DNA of 64,000 nucleotides from Macrostomum lignano (Eukaryota): NCBI GenBank assembly GCA_002269645.1, contig NIVC01003013.1, positions 61,428 to 125,427 of the forward strand, read 5' to 3'. Shown piece by piece: positions 53,770 to 63,476 of this stretch (position 1 is its first letter; each line of letters starts with the position of its first letter). The notes under the pieces were generated by a model. It saw only the letters and a program-made list of their open reading frames with translations, ran no database searches and was not told where the DNA came from. The position numbers and the translations under genes were made by a program.

Positions 53770-55740
53770 CTTGACACATCACTCTTTCATAATCTGACAC
53801 ATCATTCTTCCATAATCTGACACATCATTCTTTTCATATTCTGACACATCACTCTTTCATAATCTGACACATCATTCTTTTCATAATCTGACACATCACT
53901 CTTTCATAATCTGACGCATTATTCTTTTCATAATCTGGCACATCTTTCTTCCCATAATCTGACACATCATTCTTCACTAATCTGACGCATCATTCTTTTC
54001 ATAATCTGACACATCATTCTTTCCATAATCTGACGCATTATTCTTTCCATAATCTGGCACATCTTTCTTCCCATAATCTGACACATCATTCTTCACTAAT
54101 CTGACGCATCATTCTTTTCATAATCTGACACATCATTCTTTCCATAATCTGACACATCACTCTTTCATAATCTGACACATCACTCTTTCATAATCTGACA
54201 CATCACTCTTTCCATAATCTGACACATCACTCTTTCATAATCTGACACATCACTCTTTCCATAATCTGACACATCATTCTTCACTAATCTGACACATCAT
54301 TCTTTCCATAATCTGACACATCTTTCTTCACTAATCTGACACATCACTCTTTCATAATCTGACACATCACTCTTTCATAATCTGACACATCACTCTTTCA
54401 TAATCTGACACATCACTCTTTCATAATCTGACACATCACTCTTTCATAATCTGACACATCACTCTTTCATAATCTGACACATCACTCTTTCATAATCTGA
54501 CACATCACTCTTTCATAATCTGACACATCACTCTTTCATAATCTGACACATCACTCTTTCATAATCTGACACATCACTCTTTCATAATCTGACACATCAC
54601 TCTTTCCATAATCTGACACATCATTCTTTCCATAATCTGACACATCATTCTTTCCATAATCTGACACATCATTCTTTCCATAATCTGACACATCATTCTT
54701 TCCATAATCTGACACATCATTCTTTCCATAATCTGACACATCATTCTTCAATAATCTGACACATCACTCTTTAATAATCTGACACATCATTCTTTCCATA
54801 ATCTGACAAATCATTCTTCACTAATCTGACACATCATTCTTTCCATAATCTGACACATCACTCTTTCATAATCTGACACATCATTCTTCCCATAATCTGA
54901 CACATTATTCTTCTCATAATCTGACGCATCACTCTTTCATAATCTGACACATCATTCTTCCCATAATCTGACACATCATTCTTTCCATAATCTGACACAT
55001 CATTCTTTCCATAATCTGACACATCATTCTTTCCATAATCTGACACATCATTCTTTCCATAATCTGACACATCATTCTTTCCATAATCTGACACATCATT
55101 CTTTCCATAATCTGACACATCATTCTTCACTAATCTGACACATCATTCTTTCCATAATCTGACACATCATTCTTTCCATTATCTGACACATCATTCTTCA
55201 CTAATCTGACACATCATTCTTTCCATAATCTGACACATCATTCTTTCCATAATCTGACACATCATTCTTCAATAATCTGACACATCACTCTTTAATAATC
55301 TGACACATCATTCTTTCCATAATCTGACAAATCATTCTTCACTAATCTGACACATCATTCTTTCCATAATCTGACACATCACTCTTTCATAATCTGACAC
55401 ATCATTCTTCCCATAATCTGACACATTATTCTTCTCATAATCTGACGCATCACTCTTTCATAATCTGACACATCATTCTTCCCATAATCTGACACATCAT
55501 TCTTTCCATAATCTGACACATCATTCTTTCCATAATCTGACACATCATTCTTTCCATAATCTGACACATCATTCTTCACTAATCTGACAAATAATTCTTC
55601 ACTAATCTGACACATCATTCTTTCCATAATCTGACAAATAATTCTTCACTAATCTTACACATCATTCTTTCCATAATCTGACACATCATTCTTCACTAAT
55701 CTGACACATCATTCTTTCCATAATCTGACACATCACTCTT
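53770..55740. repeat. 23-24-bp minisatellite ATAATCTGACACATCA(C/T)TCTTTC(C) with a 521-bp block duplication
   Basis: Markers at 54771/55292 and 54804/55325. Confidence 0.95.
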
Positions 55741-55842
55741 CCTCCTTTTTTCCTCGTGTTGGACATCACACTTCAGACTTTACAGATTTTTTATCAGCCA
55801 TAAGTAGAAGGCATGAGGGGGCTTCTGGGACAAAATTTTTCA

Positions 55843-56140
55843 CGTCCTCCATAATCCACCTAAATCCATCCATATTATCCCTGACAGAATCAGAAAAAAA
55901 GGGGGGTCGCACTCGCTCACAAAACGTCCTCCATAATCCACCTAAATCCATCCATATTATCCCCGACAGAATCAGAAAAAAGGGGGGTCGCACTCGCTCA
56001 CAAAACGTCCTCCATAATCCACCTAAATCCATCCATATTATCCCCGACAGAATCAGAAAAAAAGGGGGGTCGCACTCGCTCACAAAACGTCCTCCATAAT
56101 CCCATTAAATCCATCCATATTATCCCTGACAGAATCAGAG
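55843..56140. repeat. ~82-bp direct repeat x3.5, upstream of the first viral ORF
   Basis: CGTCCTCCATAATCC at 55843, 55925, 56006 and 56088. Confidence 0.92.
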
Positions 56141-56329
56141 CAGGTGTCCACTGATACCTGTTATGCTCACTGACACCGACATCCACCCATAGCATGTTCG
56201 AAACAATCAGAAAATAATCTGCATTCTTCTCCCCACATTCAATCCGCAACGTGCTACCACATCCCAAAGACTTTAAATCATCAGCGCAGGGTCCTTACCC
56301 TTTGAAAAAAAATTAAATTCTCAATAAAA

Positions 56330-56572
56330 ATGTTTCCAGTTGTCTCTCCGGGTTCTTATTACAAAGCGGACGAGCCTAATTACAAGAGCAAGTACCGATG
56401 CAAACTTGAATGCAGCGAGTACATGAGAAAATATTGGCCCGGCATGGATATCAATGTCCCTAATATTAATCAAGCTCTCCAAAGACACTGGTTTCATAAG
56501 TATGGAGTAACCTACGTAAAAGATTACGACAGCTACTATAACTTTGCAGAAATCATTAGGCAGTTGCGTTAA
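56330..56572 (+). CDS. Small (80 aa) ORF of unknown function at the left edge of the viral coding block
   Basis: Intact ORF with the same AAAAATG start context as the other viral genes. Tyr/Trp/Cys/His-rich. I do not recognise the family. Confidence 0.55.
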   Translation: MFPVVSPGSYYKADEPNYKSKYRCKLECSEYMRKYWPGMDINVPNINQALQRHWFHKYGVTYVKDYDSYYNFAEIIRQLR

Positions 56573-56579
56573 AAAACCG

Positions 56580-56670
56580 AAAAACCAAAAGGCCAAAAGG
56601 CCAAAAGGCCAAAAAGGCCAAAAGGCCAAAAGGCCAAAAAGGCCAAAAGGCCAAAAAGGCCAAAAGGCCG
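56580..56670. repeat. (GGCCAAAA/GGCCAAAAA)n short repeat between convergent viral genes
   Basis: About 10 copies. Confidence 0.9.
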
Positions 56671-56914
56671 AAATCGTTTGCATTTTGGCCTTCCCTCGAG
56701 ACGGAATTCTTCCTCGGCTGGGCTCAGTTAAAGTGAAAATCTCTCTCCCCCACGCGCGCTGCGCCCACACACATACACTCCCCTCTCCCCCGCGCACCCG
56801 ACGCCCGCGCCCACAAACTGTCAGAATGGGGTAAGAGATTTTGAGTACACATGCGCGCATTTTTTTCATACCACTCTATTCTCTGCAAGCATACTTAAAA
56901 GGGAACGCATTTTC

Positions 56915-57778
56915 TCACATTCTCTCAATGATCAACGTCAATACAAACTCTTCACCGTTGAAATCAACACCCACCCCATCTTCAGTCTCAAACTGTAGCA
57001 CAATCTCGTGAATCTCCTTATTACTCAATACAACTCTTTTCACTGGATTTGGTTTCTCTACCACCATCTGTCCTCCAGCTACAGAGTTGGAGATGTTGTA
57101 CAAAATATTAGTTCGCTTTCCCTTAAATACCCAATCAAGACTGAGATTAGTTCTGATTAGAATATTCAAACCCTTTACAATGTCTGCTATATTGGGTGCT
57201 AAGAACAAACAGCGTACACTTTCCCGGGCCATGATAACGGCCCCCGTCGCTTGAGTGGCGGTCCGCGCCGCGGATTCTGCCTTATAAACTTTCTTCTCGA
57301 ATCCTAATTCCCTATACCAAGTGTCATCTTTAAACTCAACCTCCGCATTTTTGTGAACTTGCATGACCACTCTCATTACAGTGAGATCATAGGATAGTTT
57401 GACAGGGAACAGTTTTTTATCTGGCTTACTCGCATCAGGTGTCTCAAAATGGCCTCTTTTAGTAAAAACGTTTTCTAGAAAGTAATTGTAGGTATCCACA
57501 CTTTGCGTGCTAACAGGGAATACCACAGGTTCTGCTGCTGCACCTTTCCATTTGTAATAAAACTTATTATTTGCTGCCGACACATTGGGAACGTTTGACC
57601 AACCAGTGAAGTCGTTAAGATAGACATGATAATTAGCACCTGGATCCAGGCTAATCGCCTGCTCTAATTTTTGAATAAATATCCCGTTTGAGTCATTAAT
57701 TCGCCCAGTTATTGTAATAGGAATGCTCTCCTTGGAGTGCGAAATAATATTATTTAGTCTTTCAGCAATCGCTTCCAT
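56915..57778 (-). CDS. Minor capsid protein (penton) of Polinton/adintovirus type, ~287 aa
   Basis: Family-like pattern: W-S-N-V-P-N-V...NNKFYY, ELGF, ILYN...V-A-G-G-Q-M-V-V-E-K-P-N, D-F-N-G-E-E-F-V-L-T-L-I-I. Located directly downstream of the MCP. ATG at 57778 in an AAAATG context. Confidence 0.8.
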   Translation of the reverse strand: MEAIAERLNNIISHSKESIPITITGRINDSNGIFIQKLEQAISLDPGANYHVYLNDFTGWSNVPNVSAANNKFYYKWKGAAAEPVVFPVSTQSVDTYNYFLENVFTKRGHFETPDASKPDKKLFPVKLSYDLTVMRVVMQVHKNAEVEFKDDTWYRELGFEKKVYKAESAARTATQATGAVIMARESVRCLFLAPNIADIVKGLNILIRTNLSLDWVFKGKRTNILYNISNSVAGGQMVVEKPNPVKRVVLSNKEIHEIVLQFETEDGVGVDFNGEEFVLTLIIERM

Positions 57779-57799
57779 TTTTCCACCCACAAAAAATAT

Positions 57800-58742
57800 T
57801 TAAACTTTACTGGATGAATTGTTGATCATGTTAAGCTTCACCTTCCTCTCAAATGCATAGATAATGTACAAGTCCACGGGTGTTGCGTCAGTCCTCTCAA
57901 TGTTAGTCACGATATTCACAGGGCTGTTATCAGTAGGCATTTGTCTGGCAGACACATCAGCGCCAAACATTGGATATAGAGTTCCATATTGAAGAGCTGT
58001 GATAGCAATTCCGTTGTTCTCTTTCACAGCCAAGTCGACCAACTCGCTGTAAAATTTGCTAATCTTGTTCTGACTGAAATTTCCATTTTGTGGCAGTGCA
58101 GGGTAAAGATTATCACTGATTTCATGCTGAATGGACCGCACGTCTCCATGCATGTAGCGTATAATGCTATTTGGGTTTCTCATGCTAATAATAATATACC
58201 TTGGATTGCTGCATGATCCCTCTTTGATGCAGATGTTTGTTCTAGTTTCGTTACGCTCATCTCGACACATGTAGGCTGTGTATGCAACATCAATGTCCTT
58301 CTCTATTGCCTTAAGATAATCTGCTTTTAGTGCAGTCTTTGGCTCAATGATTTCCAAATACAGCTCGATTCCGGTTAGCTTCACATCCATCCTAGTGTGG
58401 TCCGCCCCAGTCCACAACACTCTACTGCGATCATCTCTAGTCATCTTAAAGGTGTAGCTAAAGTTACTAGTCAGTCGATTAAATGTATTACAGAATCCAC
58501 TCATAAATCTCAGTGGTACAAATACATCAACAGACCGATACAGCGGGTTTTTAGCAGCATCATCAGCACCTTGCAATGCATAGTTGTATCTCTTCTTCCT
58601 CTTTTTATAGCCACTGTCATTGATGTCTCCTTCTTTTTCATCTGCAATAAAACCCGCACCGCTTCCCAACTGAATAAAATCAGGATTCTCGATCAAACTC
58701 AAAGTTAATTTTGTAGAAAACTGGTGTCAGTGGGTCGTTCAT
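57800..58742 (-). pseudogene. Major capsid protein (double jelly-roll, hexon-like) with a disrupted or truncated N-terminus
   Basis: The 300-aa open frame (58702-57800) has VPL..GFC, PRYIII, N-LYP and LYPMFG.DVS patterns typical of Polinton MCPs. The AAAAAATG start at 58742 is out of frame, and the product is short for this family. Confidence 0.75.
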
Positions 58743-58772
58743 TTTTTAACTAAAAATAAAATAAAATAAGAA
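58743..58772. promoter_or_regulatory. 30-bp AT-rich spacer between divergent viral genes (candidate bidirectional promoter)
   Basis: 28 of 30 bases are A/T, between the ATG at 58742 (-) and the ATG at 58773 (+). Confidence 0.45.
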
Positions 58773-59968
58773 ATGAAGCGAAAAAGTACACAGCAGATAT
58801 CTGAATTGGAGAAGCTAGCACAAGCAGAGAAACGAGTTACCGGGCTAATAAATAAGGAGCAACAATCCTACAATGAGTTTGTCCAAGCAGCTACAGAGTT
58901 TCATAAACCCGGGTATGGAGAAGCTAAGAAAAATATTGATCAGGTCAAAGAAACTATCGACGACATACAGGAAACCCAGGTGCAAAAGGCTTTGGGCAAA
59001 ATTCCAGAAGCACCACAGATACAGCCGCAACTACAACAACCACAACCACATCAATCACAACTAAAAGTGACAGATAACATTTTTGGACCAGTAGAGCGTG
59101 TAGAACATGATGGGAAATATATATTTGGAATAAGTATGTGGAGAAAAAATATTTATAATGAACCAGTGGAATATTATATCGACATAAATAAGAAACATAT
59201 TTCTGTTGTCAAAGGCTCGGAAACTAAGAGCATTCCTTTCACAGAAACCTTACTGAATTTTATGACCAAGAACCAAGAGAGAATCTCGGACAAACAGCTA
59301 AAGAACTACAGAGATCTAGTGATTTTTTCTCTTGCTAGAGATATAGAAATACTAAAGGTCCCAGAAGTTCTGAAACACATGTACGATGGCGGTGTCAACC
59401 TGACTAATTTCAAAAAGTACAAGCACTTTAAACAATGGTTTGGTTTGCCAGATCAGGGGAAGTCATTGATCAGATGAAATATCTAGAACAACAACAGCAA
59501 CCGCCACAACAGCAGCAACATTCCACAGAAGAACAAGTACTTAGTCAACTCGAGCAGTTAGACCCTTTGAAAGTAGCTGAATATAAAAATGATCACCCAG
59601 ATGCCTGGCAACTCTTAGAACAACACTCTCCAGATCGAATGAACAGAATCAAGCAAAGAGTTTTCACACCTCAACAAAGACAGGCGCCACATGACAGTTC
59701 CATCTCTGAAAGTGAGCAGTCTTTTGCATCACCTCCCCAGCAGCCACAAGCCCAACCAACTCCACAACCTCAAGACCAACCGCCTTCAACTGGAAAAGGA
59801 ATAGCTGAAATCTACAAGCGAGTAGCGGTTCTTCTAGGAGCAGCAAAGACCGGAATGAAAGATGAGAATAGAAAAGAGTTCGTTCACATCCTCAATAAAA
59901 TGCTTGAGAGAAAATACATCGATAAGAGGGCGAGAGAGCTTCTGCTTTCACGGTTCAACAAAAAATAA
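58773..59968 (+). CDS. Conserved Polinton protein of unknown function (probably PZ/PW class), ~398 aa, split by one frameshift at ~59457
   Basis: ORFs 58773-59477 and 59435-59968 join if one G is added to the GGGG run at ~59456-59459. Pattern: D..FG...G.Y.FG, KY in the middle, and C-terminal G.GI...R..VLLGA...G....EF..IL..M. Confidence 0.6.
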
Positions 59969-59984
59969 TTTATTTCAAGTAAAA

Positions 59985-60362
59985 ATGCCATTTATTTTCG
60001 AAAAAGACATTGACAAATACTATGACAAAGAGGAACTTAATCTCATTAAACGCGGATCTGGACTTTTCCCTGCAGGCCACTATCCAAGAAAAGAACGCTC
60101 AGGGAACGGTCTTGCCGATTTGATCGCTCAGGGGGCCAAGATTTTTAAGGTCATTGGAGAGAACAAAGAGAACATCAAGAACGTTGCCGAAGCGGCTGGC
60201 AGTGTAGCCACAGCAGCCAAAAAGATAAAGGATACTGTAACACCTAAACAAGAGATTCAACCGCTGGCTCCGCTGGCCCCAAATCCAGACAATGTGGACC
60301 CTGCAGTCTATGAGAAGATGAGAGCTAGCATTAAAAAGGGAAGCGGTTTCAAATTTGACTAA
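59985..60362 (+). CDS. 125-aa viral protein with repeated G-[SN]-G motifs and an amphipathic helix (candidate membrane-lytic or core protein)
   Basis: ATG at 59985 in an AAAAATG context. Contains KRGSGL, RSGNGL and KKGSGF, and the helix GLADLIAQGAKIFKVIGEN. Confidence 0.65.
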   Translation: MPFIFEKDIDKYYDKEELNLIKRGSGLFPAGHYPRKERSGNGLADLIAQGAKIFKVIGENKENIKNVAEAAGSVATAAKKIKDTVTPKQEIQPLAPLAPNPDNVDPAVYEKMRASIKKGSGFKFD

Positions 60363-60409
60363 AGGGTACTTTTCAAGGGTACAAGACATGTAAGAGTATA
60401 AGACTAGTC

Positions 60410-60510
60410 CTGAAATGACACATCTAAGTCCCAAAATGACACATCTAAGTCCCAAAATGACACATCTAAGTCCCAAAACGACACATTCAAGTCCCGAAAT
60501 GACACATCTT
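60410..60510. repeat. 21-bp repeat ATGACACATCTAAGTCCCAAA x~5 in a viral intergenic spacer
   Basis: Direct inspection. Confidence 0.9.
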
Positions 60511-60554
60511 CTAAATGATTTATTATTTAATTTTTTTTTCAATCATAGAAAAAA

Positions 60555-61353
60555 ATGGACTTCTCAAACGACTTCAATCCTCACTGGACGCGTAATCAGA
60601 TTAAGTTTTCTCATCACGAGTTAATCCCGAGTCACTTCAGATGCATTGTTGTTGGTTCATCAGGTTCAGGTAAAACATTCAGAGTCTTTAACATGCTTCT
60701 TAGACCTGGCTTTATCGACTATGACACTCTGCACATCTACTCTCCCACACTGTATCAAGATGAGTATAGAATGCTGATTGCAGGGCTTCAAAACAAGCTG
60801 AACAAAGAGGACATTATTGCATGTTTTAATAACCAACAAATCCTTCCCAGCAACCCAGAAATTGTAGCTGCGAATATGCAAAGCACCTCAAAGACAATGA
60901 AAAATGGCAGAACATTAAAGTGTTCACCTATGGAGATCCACAGGCTGATCCAAAGACCAAACTTCTACCCCAACCAGATGAGCTAGAAAAGGGGAGAAAG
61001 CATTTGATCGTCTTTGATGATTGTATGACAGGCCCACAGAAGCAGATAGAAAACTATTTTACAAGAGGGCGACATAACAATTGTAATGTAATTTACATTG
61101 CACAGAATTGGTTCGAGCTCCCGAACAAAACAATTCGTGGAACTGCAATCTGATTCTCCTGTTTCCAACCATTCCACAGGACAGGTTAAAAAGATTTTAC
61201 AATGAGGTCATTGCACCTGCCTATTTCATAAATCCAACAAAAAACTCAAGCAGAAAGATTTCACAAGAGGAATTCGTTAATCTTTGCTATGACAAGTGGA
61301 ATCAGCCTTACCAGTTTGTGATTATCAGCAAAGAAAAAAGAACTGTAATTTAA
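60555..61353 (+). CDS. A32/FtsK-like genome-packaging ATPase, with two -1 frameshifts (~60915, ~61140)
   Basis: Walker A GSSGSGKT, Walker B LIVFDD, Arg-finger motif GRH and IYIAQ, spread over three overlapping ORFs. Confidence 0.9.
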
Positions 61354-61369
61354 AATTTGCTATTAAAAG

Positions 61370-62252
61370 ATGTCGATAAACTTTGCAGGTGAATCCATTT
61401 CTGGCAACAGCGCTCTTACATCAGCTCAAATATCCATCCTTGACAGGCGATATATCAACAGCGACGAAAAGATCCCAGAGATCAAACTGAATAAAAACAG
61501 ACTGAAAGCCCTGGAGCGCTCCATGCACCAGTTGCAAATAAACATGGAAGATCTCAGGCTTAAAGTAGCTAGGCAGAAGTTTGAAAGTGATAAGCTTTAT
61601 GTGCCGTTGTTAAACGCAACTAATGAACTTAGGTCAGAAATAACTTCGGCAGTCTCGCAAATCAACAGCTTAAGATCGACAGTTAATCTTCTGGGAAATT
61701 CCACTGATAGACGGATGCGTATTCTTGAAGGAGGAGTTTTCACAAACACAGCTAAAGTGAATAATTTAGAAGAGTTCATGAACCAGTCAACAGCGTTGCA
61801 TGATAGAATTAAAGAAAACGTCGCAACCAACACAGGTAAAGTGAGGAATTTAGAAGAGTTCATGACTCAGTCAACATCGTTGCATGATCGAATCAAAGAA
61901 AGACTTGAAGCATTAAAGAGAAAGGATGTATCACACAGTAGCTATCTAAACGGAATGTATAGCTCTTGGGGTAAAATACTAAGGAGGCTTGATCGTCTGG
62001 AGAGAACACTCAATCTTCGTGATATTGCTATTGATGAAGCAGAATCTACTGCTCGTCCGGTCATGTCTACAGATCGAGTAGAAGGAGCTCTGGACCCCAC
62101 CGGAGTAATCCGGCACGCTCTCAAACGTCAGCCGCCCAGCCGCTGCCTGCTGGACTCGCGATCCTCCGGCGTCACGAGAGCCGCCCAGACAACCGGCGGT
62201 GCAGATGGAATTATCAAAAAGAAAACAGATCTTTCAACCGGTAGTTTTGTAA
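61370..62252 (+). CDS. Coiled-coil viral protein (candidate fibre/spike); true 3' end uncertain (62252 or 62410)
   Basis: Heptad-rich, with an internal repeat TNT(A/G)KV.NLEEFM.QST.LHDRIKE x2. TAA at 62250-62252 followed by a T-rich spacer resembles other gene ends in the element. Confidence 0.5.
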
Positions 62253-62278
62253 TTTTTTTATTTTTTCTAGAGAAAAAA

Positions 62279-62906
62279 ATGGCCAACAAAATTCTCTATA
62301 CGATCAGTCTCAATACGTTGAACCTAAAATACCGACAGCACCAAACCAATGGCACCGAATTCGAACACACAAAGCCTGAATGCACCGAATCTGAATGCAC
62401 CTCAATATGAGCAACAAAAACTCTACCCCGTCATTACTTGTAACTCTCAGCAGTTTCGACTAGTGGAGATTCAAAAAATGCGAGATGATCTTGAAAAAAA
62501 TATTTTCCACAACACAAAGAAAATTAAGCGCTATGACAGCCACTGTAAATTTTTCGACTACAGCAATATGATTCTAGGATCTGTGTGTGTTCTAACTGGG
62601 TCTGCTGCAGCTGTCTCAGTGTTGCCAGTCATCACAGCCCCAATCGCAATCCCGCTCGGCTCTGCTGGTGCTGCATGTGGACTTATTTCAGCAATTACTG
62701 GAGCATTAGCGCGAAACAGGCGAAAAAAACTAAAGCAGCTACAGGAGAAGCAAGTAAAAGAGAAAGGGGTGCACACTTCAATCATAGGGTACATTTCAAG
62801 GGCAATCGAGGATAAGTTCATTTCAGAGGATGAGTTCAAAACCATTCAGGATCTTTATGAACAATCAATTCGAATGAACTTGAACATGGTCGGACTGATG
62901 ACATGA
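62279..62906 (+). CDS. Conserved Polinton/adintovirus hydrophobic-hairpin membrane protein (resembles the class called GasderminX, from recall); 5' end has two -1 frameshifts
   Basis: LYP...QQFRL.EI...LE, two hydrophobic segments, then IS.AIED.FISEDEF. The AAAAAAATG at 62279 joins 62349 through a PTAP-containing frame. Confidence 0.65.
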
Positions 62907-63004
62907 GTCAGCTGAGAAATGAACTCGAAAAGTTCTTCAACATTATGCGGAAAGAAGGACAACGAGAAATTCGGTAAGGACAACGAGAAATGCACAATGA
63001 ACCC

Positions 63005-63404
63005 CTATGAAACACAGGTACGAATAATTTCCTTGTAGGTCTTTCGTGTTTTGGTCATTGCAAACAAAACAGTCATACACAGCTCACCGCAAATATCACT
63101 GCTAAGACCTTGAGAATAAAGTCTGAGCGATAAATTTTTTTTATTCTTTTTCCCTTCATATAATTTCTTAGCTCTTCTGGTACTGCCGCCCATAGCTATC
63201 GAAGTAATAACACTTGTGCTTGCGATCGGATCAATCACCCAGCAAACCCAATGAGATCCTGGCTTATCGGTGGTGTCAAAGTTCATGATGCCGCATTCCT
63301 TTCTTAGAGGAAATCAGGCAGAGTGTCCCTCATAAATATTCCTCTAAAAGTTTGGGATTTTCCAGTTCGTTAGCCAAATCTTCCAGAAAGTTATTTGTCG
63401 TCAT
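63005..63404 (-). pseudogene. Adenain/Ulp1-like cysteine maturation protease, frameshifted as written
   Basis: Reconstructed as MTTNNFLEDLANEL..FRGIFMRDTLP..ECGIMNFD..GSHWVCW..YYFDSYG..Q..DICGELC, with catalytic H, D, Q and C present. Needs ~5 single-base restorations. Confidence 0.85.
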
Positions 63405-63476
63405 TTTTTGAGTTTTATTAAACTTTCTCTTAAACCTAAACCCAATCTCCTAATCTCCTAACCCAACCTCAACCTC

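Noticed and set aside
56580-56670. GGCCAAAA run as a telomere-like repeat
   Set aside because: Not a known telomere motif, short, and internal to the element.
57989-63000. Antisense and overlapping short ORFs in the viral block (for example 57989-58216, 60099-60542, 61597-61863, 62558-62845)
   Set aside because: Shadows of the real ORFs or of the 21-bp spacer repeat, and they lack the A-rich ATG context.
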